A stretch of 64,000 nucleotides of DNA, from assembly GCF_006345805.1 (NCBI RefSeq), contig NC_043014.1:21142001-21206000 (forward strand). Direction: 5' to 3'. This document shows positions 32,582 through 46,831 of this stretch, one piece after another. Position numbers and translations under genes: made by a program. How positions within the stretch are numbered: the first letter of the stretch is position 1; each line of letters opens with the position of its first letter. The notes under the pieces were generated by a model. The model was not told where the DNA came from. It saw only the letters and a program-made list of their open reading frames with translations, and did not search any database. Origin of the DNA: Octopus sinensis. Lineage: Eukaryota.

Positions 32582-32655
<74 letters not shown>

Positions 32656-32674
32656 CTATCTATATATATATCTA

Positions 32675-32717
<43 letters not shown>

Positions 32718-32819
32718 TTCATCTCTTCTCTCTGCATATATATATATATAATCTATATATATATATATAATATATATATATATATTATATATTATTATAT
32801 ATTTGTTGAAATAGAAAGA

Positions 32820-33123
32820 TGAATTTTCTTGTTACAGATTATTCAAAAGTTTAACCGATACCTGGGTAGCAAAAATCACAGCAGAAAATACACGGTTGGA
32901 GATAAGACCATTTGGTGTTGCAACCGTGCGTTGGTGTGGATAATTGAAGTTTAATATTATTATTGAATGGAAGAAATGGAGTTGAACGAAGATTGTACAG
33001 AATTCCTTTTATTACATTCTACACATGTTTCAAAGAATTTGGAAATTTGTGGCCTTTGAAACATGTGTAGAATGTAATAAAAGGAATTCTGTACAATCTT
33101 CGTTCAACTCCATTTCTTCCATT

Positions 33124-33131
<8 letters not shown>
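32820..33131. mobile_element. PLE pLTR fragment (minus) ending in a perfect 78-bp inverted repeat (32958-33035 / 33054-33131, 18-nt loop)
   Basis: The arms are identical by manual comparison. 32860-33035 is similar to the pLTR at 15660-15830 (GGGTAGCAAAAATCACA, AAATGGAGTT, ACATGTTTC). Confidence 0.85.
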
Positions 33132-33168
<37 letters not shown>

Positions 33169-33328
33169 ATGTGTGTGTGTGTGTTGTGGTGTGTATGTGG
33201 GTGTGTGTGTGTGTGCGTGTGTGTGTGCGTTCGCGTGTGTGTGCACGTGTCTGTGTCTGTCTATTTATATATATATATATACATACATATGTATATATAT
33301 ATATATATAATATATATACATATATAGC

Positions 33329-33471
<143 letters not shown>

Positions 33472-33473
33472 TG

Positions 33474-33770
33474 AAGGCGCATGGCTCAGTGGTTAGAACA
33501 TCGAGCTTACGATCGTGAGATTGAGTTCGATTCCAGGACCGGGCTACGTGTTGTGTTCTTGAGCAAGACGCTTTATTTCACGTTGCTCCAGTTAACTCAG
33601 CTCTAGAAATGAGTTGCGACATCACTAGTGCCAAGCTGTATCCGCTTTTGCCTTTCCCTTGGATAACATCAGTGGTGTGGAGAAGGGAGGCTGATATGTG
33701 CCTCGGAGGGTAACTTTGTAGGTGCAATCCCATGGTCAGTCATGACCAAAGGGGGTCTCCTCCTCTTATA
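33474..33770 (+). mobile_element. SINE family B (tRNA head and CORE-like segment)
   Basis: GGCGCATGGCTCAGTGGTTAGA...GAGTTCGATTCC...TTGAGCAAGACGCTTTATTTCACGTTGCTCCAG. Confidence 0.8.
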
Positions 33771-34484
33771 TCAATACGCATGTATTTATATTAAATGTAT
33801 GTTTATCAGTGTAAAAACATTATGCCTAAATAACTACGTATTTATTCACGAAACTATTTTTACTATACGAGTGTTCGTATTACATATATGTATATATGAC
33901 AGATGGACTGGTATGTGTGTAGTAAAATAATTCGGTGTATATATCGATGTATTCATTTGTGTGGGAATATGTGAGTGTGTGTGTATGAATGTATACATAC
34001 GTAGGTAAGTTTAGGATGATGTATATTTATGTTTTATTCAAATATATATTAATACACCCATATAGTCACTTTTAAGCTTATCTCAGAGCCAATAGTACGA
34101 ATTATGGCATTTCGTAAGCGAATATGTGTATGTAAAAAATGCGATCGAAGATACAAAAGATAGGTAATGGTTGTACATGTATATTTCAAGGATTATTGCT
34201 CTTTTATCAGCAGCATATTAGCACATCTTTAGATATGTAACACAGTTGGATGTGTGTGTGTGTGTGTGTAAAAATCATGTGGTTTAATAATTAGGGTATT
34301 TGGCTAACGATCGTAAAGTCGTGAGTTTGATACCTGGCGGTTTTATCCTTGAGCAAGACACTTTATGTTGCGCTGCTCCAGTCCACCCAGCTGGCAAAAA
34401 TAAGTTGCAGCTGTAATTCAAAGGTGCAATTCAAAATTATATATGTGTGTGTGTGTGTGTGTGTATGTACGTATGTATGTTATA

Positions 34485-34920
34485 AGAAGCAAATGAGATT
34501 AATAGATCCAAGTAGATATCTATAAAAGCACTCAGTGATAAAAGAATTTGGTTAACGATATCAAACAATCGGATACCAATAAATTTAAGTAGAATTAGCA
34601 TCCAAGGTAATTCTGCATGTATGACAAGTAAATCCAAATACCGCTAACAAGAATTTCAAGAAATTCAGAGTATAAAACAGCAAGAATAAGAATGGAGAAA
34701 GCCACATCTTTAATTGATGATTATACCACACATTACCGACAACAGTTTCTCTTGCGTCAACATACTTAGATAACGTTGTGTTAACATTTATTTTCGGATA
34801 TATTAATTTCACTTGTATTTTATACTTTTTTCTATATCCAAATATGCTGGCACCACAAAAGAAACTATCGTCAGTAATGTACGATGTAATACCCAATTAA
34901 AGATGTGATTTTCTTCATCC
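34485..34920 (+). mobile_element. Penelope-like linker fragment (third copy)
   Basis: Similar to 17310-17760 and 18860-19375. Confidence 0.6.
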
Positions 34921-34944
34921 TTGTGCTTCTTGAACTTGAAATAC

Positions 34945-35355
34945 TCTTTTACTCTTTTACTTGTTTCTGTCATTTGACTGTAGTCATGCTGGAGCCCCGC
35001 CTTTAGTCGAGCAAATAGAACCCAGGACTTATTCTTTGTACGCCTAGTACTTATTTTATCGGTCTCTTTTGCCGAATCGCTAAGTTACGGTGACGTAAAC
35101 ACACCAGCATCGGTTGTCAGGCGATGTTGGGGGGACATACACAGACACACAAACATATACACACACATATACATATATAAACACATATATACGACGGGTT
35201 TCTTTCAGTTTCCGTCTACCAAATCTACTCACAAGACTTTGGTCGGCCCGAGGCTATGGTATAAGACACTTGCCCAAGCTGTCACGCAGGGGGACTGAAC
35301 CCGAAACCATGTGGTTTGTAAGCAAGCTACTTACCACACAGCCACTCCCACGCCT
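34945..35355 (-). mobile_element. SINE family A, full length
   Basis: Reverse-complement match to 18437-18857. Confidence 0.9.
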
Positions 35356-35634
35356 ACGGAGTGTATATAATTTAAATCAAGTAAAAGGGGATTGGTGAAA
35401 GAATCTATTACATATTTAAACATGTCCACTACCATTACGTTTAGAAGCAGCGATACGATTTCTGCAGATCTAGAAATCGGTCTGGCAACTAATTTTCAGT
35501 TATATCCTGAACCACGTCAGTTATCCCTAATCAAACAGTCATCTATGTCAAATTAGTTTTATGTGTGTTCCTTATAAAATATAGCTAAAGTTACTATTTA
35601 ATGATTTAAAATAATTAATATACAGTAATATACA

Positions 35635-35790
35635 GGCGTTGCGGTGTGGTAAGAAAATGGCTTCCTAACAAAATGGCTCCGGGTTCAGTCTTACAGCGTA
35701 GCATCTTGAGCAAGTTTCTTCTACAATAGCCACGGGCCGACCAAAGCCTTGTGAGTGGATTTGGTAGACGAAAACCGAAAGAAGCCCGTC

Positions 35791-35870
<80 letters not shown>

Positions 35871-35910
35871 TGTGTGTGTATTATCTATCTATCTATATAT
35901 ATATATATAT

Positions 35911-35951
<41 letters not shown>

Positions 35952-36400
35952 CTATTATCTTTAACGGTTTCAGTCGTTTGACTGTGTCAATGCTGGGGCA
36001 GCGTCTTGAATTTTTAGTTGAATGAATCGACCCCAGTACTTCTTTTTAAGCCCGATATTTATTCGATTGTTTTTTTGTTTGTTTTTTTTTGTTGTTGTTT
36101 TTTTTTTTGCTGAACCACTACGTATATATTTATGCAAATTTTTGTGTCTGTGTTTGTCTTTCTGCCTGTGTTTGTACCCCTTCCCCGCATACATGCACAC
36201 ACCACGACTTGACAACCGGAATTGGTGTGTTTACGTCTCTGTAACTTAGCGATTCAGCCAAAGACCGATAGAATAAATACCAGGCTTAGAAAAATAACTA
36301 AGTACTATTGTCGATTCATTCAGCTAAAAAAATTTCAAGGTGGGGCCCCAGTATGGCCGCAGTCTAATGACTGAAGCAAGTAAAAGAAAAGTAAAAGAAA
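35635..36400. mobile_element. Rearranged SINE family A pieces (5' half plus, short 3' piece minus at ~35960-36100, 3' half plus)
   Basis: Similar to family A segments. Confidence 0.75.
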
Positions 36401-36584
36401 AAACTATGATAACTTCATTATTGAGAGAAATAGATTTGTTGCGTCTCGCTTCTAAATGTTACTTTTTTCCCTTATTTTTTAACAGATTATTTCTATTTGA
36501 CAAGTTCGAGAAACGAGCGAATGCGCTAATTATAATGAATAAATGAAAAGATATTCTTCCAAAATTCTGGCGACTTTTTTCTCA

Positions 36585-36685
<101 letters not shown>

Positions 36686-38099
36686 TAGATAAAGAAAGAG
36701 AGTGAGAAAGAGAGAGAGAGAGAGAGAGGAGAGAAAGAGAGACAGCAACAGACAGACAGACAGACAGAAAATTCATATATATGTTTACGATGGGCTTCTG
36801 TAAAAGTTCCGTCTAGCAAATTCCTCTCACAAAATGCTCACCAAATCCGGATGCACGTGATTGTTAAACGAACACTCAACTACTCTGCCATGTATCGTCC
36901 ATGCTGTATGATATATTTAAATATTTAACTTAGATAACTTAGATATGTTTCGGCCAAAGATTGGCCCAGGCCATGTCTACCTTAATAGCACCACCTGGTT
37001 ATGTATGGGGGTATAAAGAATATATATTAATTGTATGTGAGGAATTAATTCTTATATTACTCTAACATAAACTATCATTCCAGCCAATGAACGAGACTCT
37101 ACTCATGCATGCAAGCGGCTAGAAATATCAGCTAAACCGCTCTCAAACACCCTTCCCTCCCTTATCGTCTTTAAAAAAAACAATGCAATAAATAATATAC
37201 TCTTTGTGGTTTTCGTCACTGTTTACAATCTTGTTCCATCTGTTTTCAAATTTGGTATACTTATTATGAACATGAAATCCATTTTTCCTATAAATTTATG
37301 ATTAAAGATATGTTAGCCTTTAAAATTTGAAAAATTTTAGCCAACCAGAAGCAAATATTTTACACATCACCGTAGGGAAGTAACCAAAGCAAAGGAGCAC
37401 CACGTGTTGCATAGCTGATTGTGAAGAACTTTGTTTCCATAGTAACCAAAGATGCTGCGCATACCCACAAGGAGTGTAACCACAAGGTGTTCTATAATTG
37501 TTTATTTTCATAACAGAAGGAATTCGATTCTCGAACGATGGCCACAGCTTTAAAACTTTCCTATGTGGAAAAAGAGATACGAGAAAGATAATTTATTTTA
37601 TAAAATCCTAGAGTGTATTGCAAGCTTTCGTTCTTGAATATTTTTACTCATAAGTGTCTGTTTTAAACAATGTTTTGATTGTTATTTCTAGCAACTCCCG
37701 TTGGTTTGTTTGTAGCCTTGAAATATTTAATTTGCTCGCGAATGTTTTATTCCTAACTTTGTTCGTGTATATTTTAATGTTTGACGGATATTTCTAGCAA
37801 CTCCTGTTGATTTGTTCGTAGCTTTTAACTATTTAATTTGCTTGCAAATGTTTTCATGTTTTTCACTGTTTACTGTAGCTAGTTTAATGTTTTGACATGC
37901 CAATGACATCCCCGCCTCCACCCTCACCCCGATGATGGAAGCGGCAGCGAACGCGATGTTTTCTGATTGGCTGAAAATTCTTAAAATTATCAAGCTTTGA
38001 ACACTTGTAACATTTTTGCAAATTTTTTCAGGAATAAATGAATAACAAATTCGGATTCAACGTAAAAAAATTACTTCTATATGATACATTAAAAAACAT

Positions 38100-39231
38100 T
38101 CATTTGTCTGTTAAGAAAAATACTCCTCCAGTACTGTTTTGACCTCGTCTACAGAATTCATATTTTTCCGTCCAAATGATTTTGAAGACTGTGGAGTAAA
38201 CGGTAATCAGATGGGGCAATGTCCGGCGAATATAGTGGGTGGGGCACCGTTTCGTAATCAAACTGCTCCAGCCTTTGGAATGCCATTCTCGCTGTATGTG
38301 GTCGAGCATTATCTTGATGGAAGAACACCTTTCGCCTTGAAACCAAAGATGGTCGTTTTTCTTCTAGCGCTGACTTAAGCCACTCAAACTGCTCGCAGTA
38401 GGTCTCTTTTGTTATCGTTTGGTTTGGGTTTAAAAGTTCAAAGTGAACTAAACCTTTCATATCCAACCAAACAGATAACAACACCTTACATGGGTGAAGA
38501 CCTTCTTTAGTCTGGGGTGCCGGTGTTTTTCCTTTCCCTACCCACTCTCTTCTGCGCTTTACATTTTAATAGAAAATTCATTCCTTGTCACCAGTCACTA
38601 TTCGGTCCAAAAATAATTCATTCGTGGGAAGTGACAGCAAAGAAGAGCACACATTCTTTCTCTGCGCGCGATTAGACTCGGAAAGTTTGTGAACTAACGA
38701 TAGACCCAATTTTCTCACTTTTCTGATGCCACGCAGGTGTCGATGAATAGTTGAATGACCAAATCCAAGTGTCACTGCTAGATCTTCAACAATTACGATG
38801 GGATTTTATTCCACCAGGGTTTGCGGGACGTCCTCGTCGAGCTCTACAAATCTTTCAGGATGAAGCACATCTTCTAAGCTGTAATTTCCGGCTCGGAATT
38901 TCTAGAACCACTGTTGATACTGGTTTACGCTTATTGTCTGATCCCCATATACTGCATTAATATTCCTTGCACTTTCCATTGCGTTGTTGCCTTTATTGAA
39001 CTCATAAAGCAAAATACGCCGAATATACTCCTTTGTTACTTCCATTATAGCTTTGAAACAATAACTGTTAAAATCGAACTGCACTCTTCAAAACTTGCAA
39101 TAAGAATAAGGAGAAAGTAAAATTACTACCTGTTTTTATAGCAAGTTGATGCAGGTATTTTATCCCGTCCCCCTCCATCTTTTAGTTCATGCAACTGAAA
39201 AAAACTGCCTTATTTATGGGATGGCCCAATA
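38100..39231 (-). pseudogene. Mariner (Tc1/mariner, DD34D) transposase pseudogene with one TIR; 3' end truncated
   Basis: Starts MEVTKEYIRRILLYEFNKGNNA (ATG at 39045), then HSTIHRHL...VHKLSE...FLDRIVTGDKE, KVLLSVWLDMKG, HQDNARPHTA and HPLYSPDIAPSDY. The left end reads TA-TTGGGCCATCCCATAAATAAG at 39231; I saw no matching TIR at the other end. Confidence 0.93.
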
Positions 39232-40089
39232 TTTATAGATATACTATGGCTGGAAAAAAAAAAGAAAAAGAACAAATGGAATGGTCATGGCCGGATGTGA
39301 CTTTGATTCTAGAGATGTGCTTAGGCAAGGATGACGGGAGCTAAAGAACCACGATATCAGAACCATAACAACAATAATAACAATCAATATAACAAAATCA
39401 CTAATAATATGAGTTGACGAGGAAACCTTTATGTGGCTGATAGACCTGCAAGAAATAACAGTCAAATCACCATCAATTTACAAAGCACAATCGTAACAAA
39501 AGAAGGGATGCGTTGTGTAATCCACCATGCCTGGCAAAAGCAGGCGAGATGGTCATTACTGGAGTACCTTTGATCTTATCTCTGTTCAATTAGGGATGGC
39601 CTGGGGCTAAATAATAATAGTAAGAATAACAGCACCAATATCACCCACTTCGTCTCAGTGACACCATAAAAACAACAACAACAACATTAACAACAGCAGC
39701 ACCACCATCGCCACTACAAACAACGAAAATAACGTCAACACCACCACAAACAACAACAACAACAACACCAACTGCAGCAGTGCACCTCTATATCCAAATA
39801 CAACAACAACACCTCATTGATAGCAAATTAGTAAATTAGGGTAGGAATTAATCAAAGGGTAGTGTAATGACCCTTAATGAGGTTGTATCTAAATAATTAT
39901 CAGTGATTATAGACATAAGGCCTAAGGGAACACAGTTAGGGGTCGTTTGGCAGTTAGATTGTAATGTTTACTGGATCTTAATGGAATACCACATCTATCT
40001 GTTATATAAATGTGTGTGTGTGTGTACATATGTATGTTTGTATTTATATATGTACACATAAGCAGATATATATATATGTACACATAAGC

Positions 40090-40156
<67 letters not shown>

Positions 40157-40195
40157 TACATATACGTATATATATATGTATATATATATGCATAC

Positions 40196-40258
<63 letters not shown>

Positions 40259-40728
40259 CCATACATACATGAACACATATGTATGTATTTATGTATAAAT
40301 ATATATATATATACATATGTGCTTGTATGTGTGTGTATACACAAACTCACGAACACGATTGTGCCTATGTGCGGTTGTGGTGTGTAATCGTATACGTATA
40401 TGTGTGTGCATATAAGTAGGCGCATATATACGCACACACACAGAGCTACATCCATCCATCCATCCATACACACATACATACATACATACATACATAAATA
40501 CATACATACATACATACATACATACATACAGAGAGTGAGAGAAACAGATATATGTATGTACATACACATGTATGCAAATATATACGTATGTGAGTATAAT
40601 AGCGTATTTCAATACAATCATGCAGACACGAACATATGAATATATACACTCGCGCGCGTGTGTCTGTGCATGTTTCTGCGTGAGTGTGTGTGTGTGTGTT
40701 TATGTGTGTGTGTGTTTGTATGTATGTA

Positions 40729-40759
<31 letters not shown>

Positions 40760-41957
40760 ATATATGTACTTGACTATATGTATACATGTTTCTGTATACA
40801 ATTAGTTATATATATGATGTATGTATATTTTTCATACGTGTGTGAGCATGACGCTGGTTGTGTCCGCGTGTGCGAGTGTTACGTGAATTTATGTGCGCAT
40901 GCATACCTTTTTGTGGTGTAGATATGTGAATCGTTTACATGCATGTATGTATGTATGTATGTATGTATATGTATCTATGAGTCTGTGTATGTGTATAAAT
41001 ATTCACATAAAGTGCAGTGTCTCGCACATATATAACGATTAGAAGTGAAAATCATCTTGTATTTCAATCTAAAAGCATCTACTAAGGGACATAACTCCAG
41101 TAATATCAACGAATGTAAAATTTTAGAAAATATAGGCAATACAGTGAGGAGTATATCTTGTCTATAATGCCAACTGCTTGTTGAATTCACGAACAGTTTC
41201 AGTCACTGGAATGCAGTCCTGTCGTAGTACCACTTTAAGAATTTGTGTTGAACATATTCCCGCGCCCCGCACGCTATCCAACGCCATTACTTTCTCAGAT
41301 ACTCATTTTATTGATCTTCAAACGAATCGTTGTGGACGTAAAGAATATGACTTGGTTGGCCGGAATTACGGCCAACAACCTCTTAAATAGCATCTTAAAT
41401 CCGATATTACCGAACAATTACTGCAGTCATGAAAACCGAAACAAACTCGCTTAACTGTCAAAGTGCAAAAATGCCGCGTCCTGTCCATGTAAAAATAAAC
41501 ACATGAGTTCTTGTGAAAATATCTGAGACAGAAACTCTGGATGGTACCAAGAAGAACTACACTATCCTAACGGCAAATGCATATAAAAAAAGTTACACAT
41601 TTTCACTGCTTTGAGGTATAGTTAGAATCATCTCCACATTTATCTTTCAATATGTCTTTCATTTGAACGAGACTGGAATTGCCGATATATCTATAAGCTG
41701 TAGGTTTGCTGAAAGTGCAACCCTATAATTAAAACGATCAAAAGATGTAAAAAGATGTTAGCAGAAAATTGTAACATCTTCACTCAAGTTAAACTAGAAA
41801 TGTGCGAGCAGACCAAACAAATGTGCCTTGGAAATTTCAACTGTAGGCCGGGTAAATATCACTATGTGTATGCGTGTGAGTATAAGTGTATGCATGTGAG
41901 TATGTATACATTAGTATGCTTATATGTATATGCATGTGTGTGTGTGCACGCATGCGT

Positions 41958-42405
41958 TTCTAACGATTGGTCAAAACTCTTAAGTAGCAAAGATAAAATT
42001 ATGAAAAGATGGGCTGGACACTTTAAATCCGTATTAAATCATAAGTCTACAACCGACCCTAAAGTAATTAATGAAATCCTTCAGAGGCCTGTTATTGAGA
42101 AATTTGCGGAAAATCCTTCTTTGGAAGAGATAAGTACTGCTATTAAAATACTTTCCAAATGTAAAGCGCCTGGACAAGACGGAATTCCCATAGAAGTGTA
42201 CAAGCATAGTGCTAGACAATGAGTAAAAAAGCAGCTTAAGTTGATCTGTTTCATTTGGGAAACTGGATCTGTTCAATGATGCATCTATGCATTTATACAA
42301 AAACAAGAGGGAATAACTTTGTATCTGATAATCACAAGGGAATAAGTGTTGTGCAAAACTTCTCGCGAAGATAATCCTTAATCGCATCAACATTAACGTA
42401 GTAAA
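41958..42405 (+). mobile_element. RTE-clade LINE fragment (pre-RT and RT domain 0-1)
   Basis: Reads LLSSKDKIMKRWAGHFKSVLN...PSLEEISTAIKILSKCKAPGQDGIPIEVYK...LLAKIILNRI. Confidence 0.85.
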
Positions 42406-42419
42406 CAACATAACTATAT

Positions 42420-43250
42420 ACATTATTTACATTATTTACATACGACGGATATTTGTCCTCATCTTGTTTGTTGTTAACACAACGTTTCGGCTGATATACC
42501 CTCCAGCCTTCTTCGGGTATCTTGGGGAAATTTCGAACCTGGGTTCTCATTACTCAGGTATTTTTCGATGTCATTATTGTTATTGTTCAGGTCACTGCTT
42601 TCAATCGAACTCGGAATCTTGGGGTTAGTAGCCTGCGCTTTTAACCACTACCCCATATGCCCGTAGGCAATTATGGAGTGAATGTTAGGGATTATAAATC
42701 TAATATTTTTTTTCTATCCTTTCTTGATACCGGTTCCCATATGCAGCTCATACCTACACTCGGTCTGCTTAGAAGGTTGTTGTGTTCTAGCATATGTATT
42801 GCTTCTTTTAGTTTTCGTATTTTCCAGTGGTGTTTTCTGTCTATAATTTTAACTTCATCCCACAGGGGGAGGTGGTCTCCATTTTTCCATACGTGATCAG
42901 CTATACTCGATTTATTAATATCTCCTCGTGTCACAGCTTTGCGATGTTCGTCTACCCTTATTTTGAGGGGCGGCATGTTTCGCCTTTGTATAACCTACCA
43001 CAGCTGCATGGGATGGAGTACACGCAATCTTTGGTGATATTCTCTTCTATTTGTGGTTTTACTCGAAGGAGATATTTGCGAAGTGTTGAATACTGTCCTG
43101 ATGTCATATGGGCGGCATATCTTTTGTATCTTTTCGGAGAGGCCTTTCACATAGGGTAGACAGACTGTGGACAGTTTATTGGCCTCATCCTCTCTTCATA
43201 ATTGGAGCGGATAGTATACTTTTGGGGTGACATTGGATCTGTTCAGTTTG
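42420..43250 (-). mobile_element. Penelope-like element 3' part: GIY-YIG endonuclease and pLTR
   Basis: Reads KDCVYSIPCSCGRLYKGETCRPLKIRVDEHRKAVTRGDINKSSIADHVW...KIRKLKEAIHM; the pLTR lies at 42420-42600. Confidence 0.9.
42476..42522 (-). ncRNA. Minimal dimer-type hammerhead motif in a PLE pLTR, with one core substitution
   Basis: GAUAC-CCGAAGA-A-GGCUG(GAGGGUAUAU)CAGCC-GAAACGUU-GUGUU: palindromic AACGUU helix III and stem I GAUAC/GUGUU, with a U4-to-C change. Confidence 0.55.
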
Positions 43251-43464
43251 GCTCACAGAATTTTTAATCAGTTTTTTTAACTAAACAGTTTGAAACTTCG
43301 TATACTGGTGCAATTTCTCACACAGAATACGGTTTACTTTCAACATTTTTGACAAAATTTCGTACCTTAGAAGTTATGTCGTATTAAAGTTGTCGTGTTT
43401 GGGTAATTTTAACCAATCAGCGACGTGTATTCAGTTGAAGAGACTACTGCTGTTTGCGATAGTG

Positions 43465-43685
43465 TGTCTCTTACTGTTTGTGCTTGTCTCCCGTCACCGC
43501 TTGACAACTGGTATTGGTGTGCTTACGTACTCGTAACCTAGTGGTTCGGCAAAAGAAAACCGATAGAATAAGTACTAGGTTTTCAAAGAATATGTCTTGG
43601 GGCCGGTTTCTTCGACTAAAAACTCTTTAAGGCGGTGTTCCAGCATGGCCGCAGTCAAATGACTGAAACCAGTAAAAGAATAAAT
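43465..43685 (+). mobile_element. SINE family A 3' half
   Basis: CACCGCTTGACAACTGG...CAGCATGGCCGCAGTCAAATGACTGAAAC. Confidence 0.85.
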
Positions 43686-43694
43686 ATATACATG

Positions 43695-43750
<56 letters not shown>

Positions 43751-44802
43751 CATATCAAGATTTAACGAACACACCATTCTCTGACGCCTTTTCTATTCTC
43801 CCTTCCCTCTCTCTCTGTCTCATCCCCTCTTCCAGAACCCAACACTTCTTGTCCACCCCCACCCCATCCTTACTCCGCCATTTCTCTTTTCACACTAATT
43901 ATTATTATTTCGTCTTCGCGCTCCACGGTTCCAGATGCAGTAGCTCTACTCCCACCGAACACTCACACCTCATACACGTACACACACATACATACACACA
44001 CAATCACATACACACACACATAATACATACATACACACATACAGACAGACAATACATATACACATGCATATACACACACATACAGACATACACACATACA
44101 GACATACATACACATACATACTTACATACGTACGTATACAAATACACAAAAACACACAGATAAAACTAACACACAAACAAGCATACATACACGCATATAA
44201 TACACACACACATACACAACCAAACGTTCACATGCTCATACAAATATACATACACACCTAGATCCACAGTGTTACACACCAACACGCCATTTCCGCTGCC
44301 CCTTCACCCCCCCCTACTTTGGACAGGACGGTGGTTTTTATTCGATTTGTTGTTTTTGTTTTCATAGTTTTCAATAGCCGAAGCAGTGCGAAAAGAGGGA
44401 GGAGACAAATTGAATAATTCCGTCCATACCCCCACCCGTCCCCAAAACCAACCACCCGCCATCTTTCAAAGAATAACAATAACGGAATATATGAATTTTA
44501 TTTAAAAATGATTTTTAAAAAAACGGAAGAAAAAATGAAAACAATTAGATGTTGAAAAAGATAAAGACTGTATTACTGATGATGATCATGATCATAATCA
44601 TCATCATCATCACATCATCATCACCATCATTATCATCATTGTCATCGTCATCGTCATCATCATTAATATCACAACTACAATCATCATTAACACCATCATC
44701 ACTACCACCAGTCATCATCAACATCATCATCATCATTTTCGTCATCATCATCATTGTCGTCGTCGTCGTCATCATCACCATCATCATCACCATCATCATC
44801 AC

Positions 44803-44836
<34 letters not shown>

Positions 44837-45379
44837 TTCATCATCACCATCATCATCATCTTCGTCAAATAATCATCGACTTTGTCGGTGTCATCATCAT
44901 CATCATCATCTTCATCATAAACATTTACATTATCACTACCATCATAACCACTTCATCATCATAATCATCGTTGTCGTCATCAAAATCATCATCAGGCTTA
45001 TCATCATGATGACAGTCATGGTGGATTATTTTTAAAAATTAAATAAATTTTAATGTAAATTCTAACCCATTGACACAACTTCCTTAATTCTCAATCCGAA
45101 CCTGTAATTTTGTGGTTTATATGTCAAAAGCAATAATTTTAATTTAATTACATCGGTGAAAAATAAAAATAAAAATTATTGATAAATATGGCGGGGTTGG
45201 TTTATTTAAAATCTTTTCCTTTATATATTTTTATAGCCTCTAAATTTCGTGGGTGGGGTGTATTTGCTTTTTTCTTAATTAAATTTCTTGATATCCCCCC
45301 ATTGACTAAAAACCACAACCATGGAGCTGAGGAAGGAGACGACGTTGCTTTTAAAAAACTGCATTATTTAACTGGCAGT

Positions 45380-46130
45380 TTATTTTAGTAATGCCGGAGC
45401 GGTGAAACGAAGTCGACTTCGTCAGGTTTGGAACTTGAATTTCAACTCAGTGCATTTTTAATTAAAAATCAATTTTTCTAACAGCGGTACAAAGCCTGAA
45501 ATCTTGAGGAATCAGGTTATTCGATTTAATCGACCCGAGTACTTGACTAGTGCTTTATTTTATTGGCTTTCCCCCAAACGGATGAAAAGCAAAATTAACT
45601 TCGGCATGATTTGATCTCAAAATATAAAGTGCCGAAAATATACTATCCTTATAATGGTCTCAAATTTTGGCACAAGGCCAGCAATTCCATGGGAAGGAGT
45701 AAATCAAATGCATCGACTCCAGTACCTAACTGGTACTTATTTTATGGACCCCGAAAGACGGACGAAATGCTGCTAGGCATTTTCCGGCGAGCTAACAATT
45801 CTGCCAACTCGCTGCCTTATTAGTAATCCTTTCTGTTCTACACAGAACAGAAAGAAGGCGGGTGGTCTGAAATTTTAGAAAAGGAGATTAAACAATTACA
45901 TCGATTCCAATACTTGACTGGTAATTATTTTGTCGACTCTGAAAGACACAAAGCAAAGAAGACTTCGGCAGGATCTCAACTCGTGACGTAAAGCCAGAAG
46001 AAATACTGGTAAGCATTTTGTCCGGCGTGGCAACGATTCTGCCTTTATAATGGTTTTAAATTTGGACACAAGACCAGCGGTTTTGAGGAAGGCGTTAGTT
46101 GACTGCATTGAACCCAGAGGTCCACTGCTA
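45380..46130 (-). mobile_element. Cluster of decayed SINE family C copies
   Basis: Repeated GGCACAAGGCC / GGTACTTATTT / GACGGACGAAATGC / CTCGCTGCC segments. Confidence 0.75.
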
Positions 46131-46212
46131 TTTATTTTATCATACCAAAAGAATAACTGGCAAAGAGGACTTAAGTGAAGTAAATACCGCCAAAGTAACA
46201 CTAACGCCGGTA

Positions 46213-46758
46213 CTGAAGCAGTACCAGGCAGTGACTCTCATGGCTTCTCATTTTAACTGATTGGTAGTGTTGTCATGTATAGTTCTTTGTCTTGGTATAA
46301 AAGATGGGCTACAGCAAATATTCTGCTCAATACCACAGATTTGCTTGTCAGTTGTTTGACCGTAACCAGTTGAGCATGTCCCTTAGTGGCTGATGATATA
46401 TGCATCTCTGATCCTGAGCAGAAGTAGTGGGAGAGCATCATAGTCATGTGTTGAGAGGAATTCTTTGGAGTTTGGATAATTCCCCTTTGGAAACATGGGT
46501 GTTTCGTTCAACATTCTCAGACAACCCTCATTCAGGGACCTTTTGAACGGGATGGGTTACTCAACCTGAGGAAAATTCTAACTGACCTCCACCTGCAAGG
46601 TCACGCGCTGTTTATCTTGATGTGAGATAACCATGTCGCGCACATGTGATGCATGTGACTGGTGTACCTTTATTAGACGGGTAGTCATGATGGTTATATT
46701 GGGCTTCGTATCATTGTACCCCAGTTTCACTTTGATGGCATGCGCTGCTTTCCCACTC
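46213..46758 (+). mobile_element. AAT-flanked element, copy 3
   Basis: Similar to 60342-60897; ends CCCACTC-(AAT)n. Confidence 0.9.

Positions 46759-46830
<72 letters not shown>

Positions 46831-46831
<1 letters not shown>

Noticed and set aside
37684-37856. Two ~104-bp imperfect tandem repeats (and a ~97-bp pair at 23820-24000)
   Set aside because: Likely internal repeats of old transposon or SINE fragments; no further structure is supportable.
41440-41530. Cys-rich CXC-like stretch (SKCKNAASCPCKNKHMSSCENI)
   Set aside because: Short and frame-shifted, and the upstream region gave no supporting transposase motif by eye.
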